A DNA stretch of 64,000 bases from Chrysomallon squamiferum (lineage: Eukaryota; Animalia; Mollusca). Made by a program: the position numbers and the translations under genes. The DNA lies in the NCBI GenBank assembly GCA_012295275.1, contig CM022665.1, positions 1,550,001 through 1,614,000 of the forward strand, given 5' to 3'. Under the pieces are notes generated by a model. That model was not told where the DNA came from and searched no databases. It was given only the letters and a program-made list of their open reading frames with translations. Below are positions 35,501 to 47,000 of this stretch, piece after piece; positions within the stretch are counted from its first letter, which is position 1, and each line of letters opens with the position of its first letter.

Positions 35501-38199
35501 CATTAAGAGAAAGACATCATCAGTACTTTGCTTGTATTTGGTTGTGCTGGCGTTTCACGTTCTGCTAGCACTAGCAAATGCTGGGAGAGTATCGGATGAG
35601 CTTTACTTCACAACTCTTCTACGCGCATCTTTCGAAACGTAATCGCAGGCATATTTTTTCAGTATTCGCCACGTGCTTGTGTGTAAACTGAGCTAGCACT
35701 AGCAAATGCTGGGAGGTAATCCTGCGGTGATTCTTCGCGTTTTTGGGACATCCGACCATCTGGTTGAAAGCCTTTCCTTTTAGCTAAATTATGCTCAAAC
35801 CGCTACCAGATCACAGAAGACACCACTCAAATTTATTTACGACCATCACGTCCTTAATACTTTGCTAGTATTTCTTGGTGCTGGCGTTTCACGTCTTGTT
35901 AGCACTAGCAAATGCTGGGAGAGTATAGTACGAAATGCACTTCAACAACGATACCTTTTGAGCGAAGTAATGCTGTTTCCGCAAACAGATCACAAAAAGC
36001 AGTCAGATTTATTTAGGACGACTACATCGTTAGCACTCTGCTAGCATTTCTTTGTGCTGGTGTGTCACAAAGTACTAGCACTAGCAAATGCTGGGAGAGT
36101 ATAGTACGAAATGCACTTCAACAACGATACGTAAACTGCACGGCCATCATTTCGTTCGTAATCCGTTTTTTTTTTTTTTAAAAGCGCTTGGTAATTTGAA
36201 TTTTCGACGTCGAAATTTCTAATTAGTCCAATTAAGTAAACAATGCTTGATGTTTCAACCAAGTGATAACTAGCGGTTGTCAATGAGTCAATTCAAAATT
36301 CATTCACTCTCACTGTCAGCTCACTGCCTCATTTACGAAGTATAAGTAATTTCAGATACTTCTAATATCGTTGCAGATGCAGGCGTCGTCTCCAGTCACA
36401 TCAGCTTTCAGGTATTATTTGCTTTTCTTCACATTTAGTTTTCTTCAACAGAAACTGTACGAGACAATTTCCTGATATGTTATTTCTAAACGTTCTGGTA
36501 TTTGTTTCGTGCTCGTGACGTAAAACACAACTAGCACTAGCAAATGCTGGAGGTTTATCGAATAGACAGCTACGCTTCCGAAACATCGCCGTCGCAAGTA
36601 GACGACGAAATGACGAAAACTTACGCATTACGTACATTAAGAGAAAGACATCATCAGTACTTTGCTTGTATTTGGTTGTGCTGGCGTTTCACGTTCTGCT
36701 AGCACTAGCAAATGCTGGGAGAGTATCGGATGAGCTTTACTTCACAACTCTTCTACGCGCATCTTTCGAAACGTAATCGCAGGCATATTTTTTCTCAGTA
36801 TTCGCCACGTGCTTGTGTGTAAACTGAGCTAGCACTAGCAAATGCTGGGAGGTAATCCTGCGGTGATTCTTCGCGTTTTTGGGACATCCGACCATCTGGT
36901 TGAAAGCCTTTCCTTTTTAGCTAAATTATGCTCAAACCGCTACCAGATCACAGAAGACACCACTCAAATTTATTTACGACCATCACGTCCTTAATACTTT
37001 GCTAGTATTTCTTGGTGCTGGCGTTTCACGTCTTGTTAGCACTAGCAAATGCTGGGAGAGTATAGTACGAAATGCACTTCAACAACGATACCTTTTGAGC
37101 GAAGTAATGCTGTTTCCGCAAACAGATCACAAAAGCAGTCAGATTTATTTAGGACGACTACATCGTTAGCACTCTGCTAGCATTTCTTTGTGCTGGTGTG
37201 TCACAAAGTACTAGCACTAGCAAATGCTGGGAGAGTATAGTACGAAATGCACTTCAACAACGATACGTAAACTGCACGGCCATCATTTCGTTCGTAATCC
37301 GTTTTTTTTTTTTTTTCTTTAAAAGCGCTTGGTAATTTGAATTTTCGACGTCGAAATTTCTAATTAGTCCAATTAAGTAAACAATGCTTGATGTTTCAAC
37401 CAAGTGATAACTAGCGGTTGTCAATGAGTCAATTCAAAATTCATTCACTCTCACTGTCAGCTCACTGCCTCATTTACGAAGTATAAGTAATTTCAGATAC
37501 TTCTAATATCGTTGCAGATGCAGGCGTCGTCTCCAGTCACATCAGCTTTCAGGTATTATTTGCTTTTCTTCACATTTAGTTTTCTTCAACAGAAACTGTA
37601 CGAGACAATTTCCTGATATGTTATTTCTAAACGTTCTGGTATTTGTTTCGTGCTCGTGACGTAAAACACAACTAGCACTAGCAAATGCTGGAGGTTTATC
37701 GAATAGACAGCTACGCTTCCGAAACATCGCCGTCGCAAGTAGACGACGAAATGACGAAAACTTACGCATTACGTACATTAAGAGAAAGACATCATCAGTA
37801 CTTTGCTTGTATTTGGTTGTGCTGGCGTTTCACGTTCTGCTAGCACTAGCAAATGCTGGGAGAGTATCGGATGAGCTTTACTTCACAACTCTTCTACGCG
37901 CATCTTTCGAAACGTAATCGCAGGCATATTTTTTCTCAGTATTCGCCACGTGCTTGTGTGTAAACTGAGCTAGCACTAGCAAATGCTGGGAGGTAATCCT
38001 GCGGTGATTCTTCGCGTTTTTGGGACATCCGACCATCTGGTTGAAAGCCTTTCCTTTTTAGCTAAATTATGCTCAAACCGCTACCAGATCACAGAAGACA
38101 CCACTCAAATTTATTTACGACCATCACGTCCTTAATACTTTGCTAGTATTTCTTGGTGCTGGCGTTTCACGTCTTTTTAGCACTAGCAACTGCAATGTA

Positions 38200-38522
38200 T
38201 CACAATTCCATCTATCGTATCAAAGAACTGCACTACCAGTGAATCACCAGGGAAACTGTTCTTGGGTCATGAACTGAATACACGGTTGGGTTTAGTGAAA
38301 CCTAACGTTCGATAGAAGGTAGAACGGGTTCAAGAAAATATGTCTTCCCAGATTCAAAATCGCATTATTTTGAAGGAATATATTGTGTTGCAGTTCGATT
38401 TTATCGGAGACAATCTAGTTGAATTCCTGTAGTTATTACATCAAATACTTATCCCAGCTCGTACAAAGCGGCAATTATGCCTTGGGTTGTATGGCGTAGA
38501 CATACTGATCAAATAAGAAGTG
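38200..38522 (+). mobile_element. Degenerate Ty3/gypsy LTR retrotransposon integrase C-terminal fragment (K02A2.6-like)
   Basis: Manual translation across frameshifts and a stop: FHLSYQRT / TTSESPGKLFLGHELNTRLGLVKPNVR*KVERVQ ... VITSNTYPSSYKAAIMPWVVWRRHTDQIR, matching the TTGxSPAELLFGRxLRTRLDLLKP and WRRHxDQLR motifs. Confidence 0.75.
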
Positions 38523-40780
38523 CATATTTTCCACACTGTTCTTGGGGCATAATAATCCGGCGTTATCCAAGAGTTTTTCAAAAACCAAATTTTAGTACTG
38601 TAGTAACACAGTGTTATTTGTTTTAAGCTTTAAAGAATACGATTAACCAAGCGAAAAAAAAAATAATAAAAGGGGTGGTTTAGATCTTAAAATACGATTT
38701 GGAAAACACTTTTCGTTAAAGAAATTACAAATAAATTCCTGAACTATTTTGTTTACATATATAGCAAGAAAGAAGTCAATCTGTTATGATGAGCTGAGAA
38801 ATAAATCACTTACCTTCATTTAGTTATTATTATCCTTTGTTTTTTACAGCGACAGAACGTAACATATATAGTCCTTGACTGTAGTAAAACTTAACAATGC
38901 TACGTCCACGATGACTCCTCTGAAACTTCTCACCTGAACTGGCAGTCTTGAAATGCAAGTGCTTATCAGTTTGGTACAAGTTTTTGCTAGTAATCAGTTG
39001 CCATCATTCATCAAACTTCACATATAGGAGCTTGTACAAGCAATTTTTTCCTGTCAGTCTGCTATTCCTTTTAAAAACATATCTTATCTTCACCGAGGTA
39101 TGTTCGGAAGTAATCAAAAATTTGTTGTTGTTGGTTTTTTGTTTTCTTTTGTGTTTGTTGGCAGGTGGGTATTGTGATATTTTCTCAATCATGTTGTAAA
39201 CCATAGCAAAATTCTTGCCATTTGTTATAAACAGTGACTGGTTGGTGATGGATGAACCAAGCTAACAATATATCCTTAAATGTCTTTTCGTCTCACATGA
39301 AATCAATATAAATTCAACAATCAGAATTTAGGCTAATAAAATATGCCTTAAAGTATCAATTAATCAATAATGATTTTGTGTTTTCTGGGTTTTAAACTGC
39401 ATCCATTATAAATAATCTCTTGCTGATAAAGATATTTTAAAAGTAGATGAACTCCCATTACATATATATTGACAGACACACACAGACACATCAAAAAAAA
39501 ATGTATTTTAAAATGTATGTAAGTGTTGTTCAATGTTGGATTTAGGCATAGGTTAATCAAGCTGTACCTTAAGACTACTGTAAAACATTAGTATAAGATA
39601 AAATTCAGTATAAATATTTTGGCAAATAAAGCATATTTTTAAACAGAAATTCAAAGCTTTATGTAGTTTAGAGCCTCGTGAAGTCTAAATCTGGCATTGG
39701 TGTTATTCGGCATTCTTTTATTTCATAATAAAAATTAAAACTGCAGCATTGTTTACTTTCCTCAGTCTTACAACAAAAATAAAAAGAGTAATAAACAAAA
39801 CAACTTGACAACTAACTCCTGTATAAATATTTTATTATCTGAAAAGTGTATATGAAGATTATTCAAAATAAAATAACAAAACCATCACATAATAATGCTG
39901 ACCAAATTTAAAAAAAAAAAAAAAAAAAAAAGCAGGTAACAAATAATTATAGGTAAAGGAATGATGAAGATACAGTGCAGATGGGCTTTTCACTATTTTT
40001 ATTTGTGAAAAAAACCACAGCATTGATGGTATTAATTACTGAAAGTGAACAATGCATAACAATTTGTATTAGAAAAGCATTTAACTTGAACAAAAAAAAA
40101 TGAAAAAAAAAATATTTTTATCATTCTAAAATTAAAATCGTTTTATAAATATTATTTGTTATTTTATGTTGCTAATATAGCAATATAAAAAGGTACCCCA
40201 AAATAATTTTTTAACAGAAAAACCAGATAACCTGATTTCTTCTGATCATAGAATGTTTTTAATTTATCAACAAACTATTCACACTGACCATGTTTTCATT
40301 TACACTAAATTCTATAACAAATTTTTTTATTTTCCATAAAATGAAAATAATTATTAAATCAGAATTAAATGAAAAAAACTTAGGCTTCCACATACAATAA
40401 TCTTGGAAAATGGAAATAAATATCTGATTTTAAATTCAGTTTGAATATATACATTCAGTAATACTGGTTAATAATGTCACTGACAATAATAAGACTTCAA
40501 AACAAATCACAGCAAATTAAAACTATAGAAATAGCATCTCTTCAAGTGAGCACACAATTTTCCTATAAAGTAATCTGAATAAGTAATATCAATTTTCTTA
40601 ATTTTTGCAGAAACAATTTAAAGTAATTTCACAGAAGAAAAAAAACTGTTTCCACTGAAATTCAACATTTGCAATAGTTCAAATTTAAACTGATCAGTGG
40701 TGCTTACCCCTAATATTGTTGTAGTGGTCAGATTAACGAGATATATAAAATATTGATTTATTAAACATCTAGATGGGTGT

Positions 40781-41067
40781 CTACTTGGTGTCACAGAGAA
40801 GTCCAACACCTCGTAGTATCCAGTGATCAGGATTCTTGTTAGTTTTCAGCATCAGTGGAAAGATGTATGTTAGATCTGTACGACAGGGCTTCTTGTACAC
40901 TGGACATTCATAATGGTTTGCTATTTTGGGGGACTTCTCCATGCTAGAAGCAAAGACATGTACTGTTGGTATGTTGGTATACAGCACTTTTGGTGTCGGC
41001 TCAATCAGTCGGCAGTTCCTCCGATCCCAGCCAGCTCCATCAAGGTAGAGACCATGTACATAAACAC
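40781..41067 (-). CDS. DNAH5: Dynein heavy chain last coding exon
   Basis: [14 protein letters not shown]...YECPVYKKP...[14 protein letters not shown] then TAG; AG acceptor at 41068-41069. Confidence 0.93.
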
Positions 41068-44000
41068 CTAAAACAAAGTATATTAACATATTTATATAGT
41101 ATAAATAAATTCAAATTATTCTCCCAAATATACTTTAATAAGAAAATTACTCAATGATAATGTGATCAAACTAATTAAAAAAAAATTATTTTTGACATAA
41201 TTAAGTATGACAATATACATTATTACAAAAATCTCACTGAGAGTAAATATATATTAATATATATGTAATATTTTTCATCAATATTTGATAACATTTATCT
41301 AGAAATAAAAAAAAGAAGAATACCAGGTATACCAGTATATGTTTCAGTATTTAAGGAAATGAACAATTTAATATCATCTGTAGCATAATTTTAACATTAG
41401 TTATTTTATAATCAAGTCTGCATAACTTATTCACAGCATTTTAAGAAAATATCTATTAATCTTAATATCTATTAAAAATATTTATTTTATTAAAATACCT
41501 GTCTATAGAAAATACACATAAAAGCAAACAATAGCCTATATGTCAATATACAAACAACATATTTAATAATTCTGTAACTTGACAAAGTAAAACTGAACAA
41601 GTGAAAATATTCATACCTTCAGCTGGTGGGCCACTGACATCTTCTTTCATCATTCTAGTGACTTCATTGTCTAGCATGACAGTATCAAGAGCCCAGCCTT
41701 TGTGAGCTCGAGTGATTTCCTGTCTCATTGCAGTCAAGAAACCCTAAATAAAATATCATATCACAGGTTTAATTTATTAAATATCACTACTCCAAAACAA
41801 ATCTTTTACAAATTAAGTTCATTATGGTGAATTTTATATATCTACAACTTCCATGTATTTATATTTGTTTGTGTGAATTTTCTTTCTTTGTGTAAATCAG
41901 CTAAACACCTTCAGTAATTACATGTCATAAAACAACCCCTTCAGTCTTGCTGATTAGTGTCCATTTCATAACTGCATGTAACAAAAAATGAAAACATTAT
42001 TAGAGATAAAGTTACCTGAGGATTGAAGAAACCAGTCATCCAGAAGGTTGTTGGACGACCTTCAAAGATCCATGATGAGAACTGCGTGTTACGATCTATC
42101 AGATCAGTAAACCAGAAACCCAGTGTGGCAGAATCCCAAGAAATCTAATAATGTAATTTGTTTTATTAGTGCACCATAGGAAACAAAATCCCATAAAGAG
42201 TGTTAAATTAATTCATCAATCACTGCAGATTTGTCCAAAAAATGTTTTAGATTTAGTTAAAAAAAAAAAAAAAAAAAAATTATTTGCATTAACATTCAAA
42301 CATTTCACAATTTCCTAACCTAAGAATTCAAATAGTTTGATAAATCCATACTTTGCAATTCAGACAATAAAATATTACTGTTTATTACAACTATTTTAAT
42401 TACAATTCATCATCTGACAAAAACATTCTTTAAAGATATTCACTGAATCATTATTTGATTATCTCAGATGAATATGACAAGAAGTGTCTATTACATATTA
42501 ATTATAAAAAATATATATATATGTCAGCATACCTTCTTCCAAGTGTTGGGCACCCTAGCATCATAAATGTTATCCAGAGCATCTTGTAATGTTTCACTCA
42601 TGATGATGGTACCATCAATAGCCAGTTTGAGATCTTTTAGTGTGCTTCTCACAGAAGTTATGACTTTCTGCATGCGGTCAATCTCCTGCCGCAAGAAGAT
42701 GTTCAGTGGGTGAAACGTACCCATTTTTTTCAGTTTATCTTTCACCTAATAAAAATAAAGAATAACACATTTTTACTGACGTCAAAAACATTATACAAAT
42801 TTAATTTCAGAAAAGGATTACTATTTGCATGTGGATATTGAGGTTAATATGAAGTATAATAAAATTCATACTCAGAGCAATCCCAAATAAAATATTTAAA
42901 AGGAGAAATGAACAAGCTGTCAAAACCTTACTAATAAATAAATTTATTAATATCTGATTACTGGGTTTTTTAACTACATGAAAACACACAAAACAAACCT
43001 CATGTGGATTATAGTTAGGTGGTAATTTCTCCAACATGTCTTCTGCCAATCTGTACACAACACTTTCACGTGTTTCTCCTCCTCCACCACCAGCATCTTT
43101 TGGCTGAATGTTCACTATCATAGTCAGCATACCATTAGCAGTATTAGTCTGGTAAGTGATGTCTGCATTAGGATGAAGACCAAAGCATTCAGGACTATCC
43201 ACCAAAGGCAAGTCTTCAATGTAAGCTCTGTATTCATCTATGGTCTTGCACTTAGGAATCCTGTATCCTGAAAAATCAAAGTCATTTTTTTTAAATTTGT
43301 GTTGAACAGTTTCATGAGTGAATTTAAAAATATAAAAACATGATATGAACAGAAATTAATAATTCAATTAGAAATGTTAAACCTTTTAAAAAGTATTTCC
43401 ATATAAAATGAAAAAAAGTCTTTCAAATTTATGTGTATGAAAATTCCATGAAAATTCAGATATTCTGAACATGGAGTAATAATGATTTAGTATATCATCT
43501 TCCATTCACAACTTCAGCAGAAGATATCAGTATTAAATCATTGCAAAACAAACATTTAATTATCTTTTCAGCAATTTAATTAAACTCTACATAATGTTCC
43601 AAACAGGGTTTTTATCTATCATTTTTTCCCTCTCTAAGTCTCAGACAAATACAAATACATATACAAAAACGTGTATATGCATGTTTGCATTTGTGATATA
43701 TGCATTTGGAAGGTGGTTAATTTACATAATACATGAACATAATATTTTACCACCAGTAATATTTAATATTTCTTAATACACTGCATTAAATAGTATTGAA
43801 ATATTGTTAATTGTCTTTCCTCATAATATTAAATACATTCACTACCAGTTCATTTAGATCCATAGTATAATTTATATACAGTATATTAAAGGCTATTTGT
43901 AAAGTTTTTTAAATTTTACATAATAAATGTTAGTAAAATAAAATACTGAGCAAATAAATATAAAAGAAACAATTTGTAACATTTATGAATAAAATAAAAT

Positions 44001-47000
44001 GTTTATACTGAAGTGAAAATTGTACAGACCTGTGTAGAACTGGAAGTTATCCTGAAACATGTGTTCACTGAGCCAGACACGACAGTATGTGGTAAGAAGT
44101 CGTTTATCATAATCATCTGTGACTCTGCCTCCATACTGAACCTCTCCAGCCATGTAACGTACAGTGATGAAATTTACTCCCTGCAAATATGAAATATAGA
44201 AATGAAGGTAAAAAAAAAAAAAAAAAAAAAACAAAACATCAGATTACATCATTTTATTACTTCTATGTAAATAATTTGACAAATTAATTTTTTTTTTTTA
44301 ATTTAATTATTTATAAATGAGGTCTTAGGAAGATATAGAAAGAAAGAAATGACCAAAAAAAAAAAAAAATTGTGTGCCACTAGTAACTATAAAACAAAAG
44401 AAAATAGATGTAAAAATGTGTTTGTTTTTCATTGTGCCTGAAAAGATTAGTTTTTTTACATAAAAGCATTACCCTCTTTGGATCAAGGTCATCAAGATGG
44501 TTCATTATGCACTGCACAGTTGCAGAAAAGTCAGCCTGGTTGAATTCATATGGAATATTCCAACCAATAGGACCAAATTTCCTCCGCTCCTGCACTGTTG
44601 TGTGAAGAAAGGCTACTCCATACAGCATTGGTTTCCACACAGGCATGTTTGTGTATTCAAGTTGTTCCTGCAGAAACATCATCATTAGTTCTTTTCACTG
44701 AGAATATGTATGTAGATTTGTAAATATTTTCTAGTTTTCTTTCACCTGTTTTGAGTTCTGAATGTGACATGTAATTAAAATTCTTTTTAGAATTTCCAAA
44801 AAGATTTATTTAAATAATACTTTATGATTTAACAATTATTCTGCTTAAAACTAGATTTATGTTAAAAAAAATAACAAAACAAAAACAAAAAAAAATCTCT
44901 CTAATACACTATTTACAAAAGATCTGTTTAGATACAGATATATGTGTATTCTCTTACCTGTGTTATTCCAGCATAGGTTCTCTTAAGACCTGCTTTTACT
45001 CCCATGGGAGGTTCATTTGTAAACTTGATAGATGACTGAAGCAAATTAATTGGGAAGGCTGGATGTTCTTCTGTTGTCAACCACAAGCGGAAAGCATCAT
45101 TTACAGTTTCAGAGGAAAGAACCTGGCATTAGCAAAGATAAATAATATCAAAAACTGTATTTGTTTTCATTTTTAATCACTTAATTTTTATCTCAGATGT
45201 CGTGTTTTGGCATTACATGTGGAGTCTTGTAACTAATATACACATATGCTAAGGGTTTGCAAATTTTCATGTATGACAGTACCAGTCAATGAAGCGATTT
45301 CTGTATTATGTTAATGATACTGTATGTGTTTGATTACACATTATTCAATTCCTCTGTCACATATGAAGCATCCTAATATGAATTTTAACAGTTTTAACAT
45401 TTTCATATAAATGGAATTAAATTTGTTTGATTTTACATTATATAAAAAGTTTTTGTGAAAATGTTACTTGCAAATGTGATTAATCAAATTTTCTGGAATG
45501 ATATTAGGATTTGGATGATGATGAAAAAAATTCAGATCTTTTCATTTGAATTTTCTTATCTGATTGTAATGTACAGTATTATTGTAGAAAATTAAGAATC
45601 TTAGCCCCCATAATAACTGCACAATGATGAAAATACGGAATTATATATTGATGTAGCTTATTGTTATCAAAATATGATGATCTGATTTATGTCCTAGGAC
45701 CAAATTCAGAATGAAGTTCTGATATCATTACTAATATTTAAATGAGTAGATACAAAATTAATTAATGATGTCAAGTGACTGAATTTATGGGAATGATTCT
45801 CATAATTATATCTAACATGTGACGTGTTTACTCACAATGTCCAGTAGCTCATCCATGAAATCAAGACCTAAATGGCAATTCTGTAAGAGTACCCAGCGAC
45901 CTTCCTGCATCGACAACTGCAGAAGACGACGAGCATGTACTTCTTGACCCTGACCCATAGAGATAGAACCACATTCTGAAAGACAATGTTTAAATAATAT
46001 TTATATTATCAAAACAATTATTCCTCATATTCTAAATTATAAGTAATACTGTTAATGGGTTTATTTTAACTGAAGAACAAAATGTTGGGGTTAAACTACT
46101 TGCATGTCAACAGGAAAAGTACCAATTCACTTTGAAGGTTTGTATTCGATAGAGTATTTACTTCTTATAGTTACTGATACTTACTTATTCCATTTTGTTT
46201 GGCCAATTTTTCAATATTCTCTGTCGGATCAGAACCCATGGACAGAAAGCATATCAAGGGAGATCTCTTGTGGGATTCACCCCAGATGGCTTCCATATTT
46301 AAGATGACACTTTCAGCGAACTGCAATCATAAATTCACTTAATTCAATGAAAATAGTTATTGTAAGTTTACTGCATTTGTTTTGCTGAAATTCTACAAAG
46401 ATTTTTAAGCTTATTAACATACCAGTAATCTAACAAAAAACAGCTGTGCAAACTGATCAATATCTGATTAATTTCCAAAGAATATTCTCTAGTTGGATAA
46501 ATATTTAACAAACATTACCATTTGATAATTACTACTTAATTACATACTATCTAGTGCTATTTACAGTTTGCATGAAGTCACTAATTCTTAATGAAAACAA
46601 AACATCAAATTTTCAACTCAAAGTACTCAAATTTTGATTTCAAATACTTCTACTAAAATAGTCCAATGCCTGGATTTACCTGTTTGCCCATTGTCTCTGC
46701 AATGTATGTTCGGGCCATAGGAATGGTTCGATCTGGACTCCAGCATCTGATAAGCAGGAGCTTATGAAATGTATCCAGTGTTGTGCTGTATCCATCTGGA
46801 ATAGTCACCTCTTCAGGTGCATCCTCATCAAACCAAGCCTTCCATGCCTTTCAACATTTTAAAATACATTTTTACTATTCTGAATTATGACTAATTAAAA
46901 AGCAAAAAAGATTACTGAATTACCGATACATCTATTTAAAGTGAAAAACAAAAAACTAAATTTTATCCGATTTATTTATAGTTAAGGTCTGGAAAAGTTT

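Larger units (their letters stand above)
18220..38189 (+). repeat. Tandem array of a ~1137-bp unit: one nearly full unit, 16 full units (19350-37541), one truncated unit
   Basis: Equivalent positions at 19350, 20483, 21622, 22757, ~23896, 25036, 26168, 27302, 28437, 29577, 30710, 31849, 32988, 34125, 35267, 36401, 37542; differences mostly homopolymer length. Confidence 0.99.
18220..38189 (+). ncRNA. Putative polycistronic microRNA mega-cluster: 5 hairpins per unit, 88 complete + strand copies of the 3p arm UAGCACUAGCAAAUGCUGG(GAG/AGG)
   Basis: Each invariant 19-22-mer is the 3' arm of a ~70-87-nt imperfect stem-loop; divergent 5' arms keep pairing through G:U; the conserved block starts at U; CNNC 17-19 nt downstream. 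Confidence 0.8.

Noticed and set aside
18025-37778. Repeated 60-97-aa ORFs (MYVMRKFSS..., MLVFLGAG..., MTTASYHL...)
   Set aside because: No recognisable domain; several appear or vanish with homopolymer length; they overlap the hairpins on either strand
18220-38189. CRISPR array (short constant repeat with different intervening sequences)
   Set aside because: Intervening sequences are over 100 bp, recur identically in each unit and base-pair with the repeat; eukaryotic context with no cas genes
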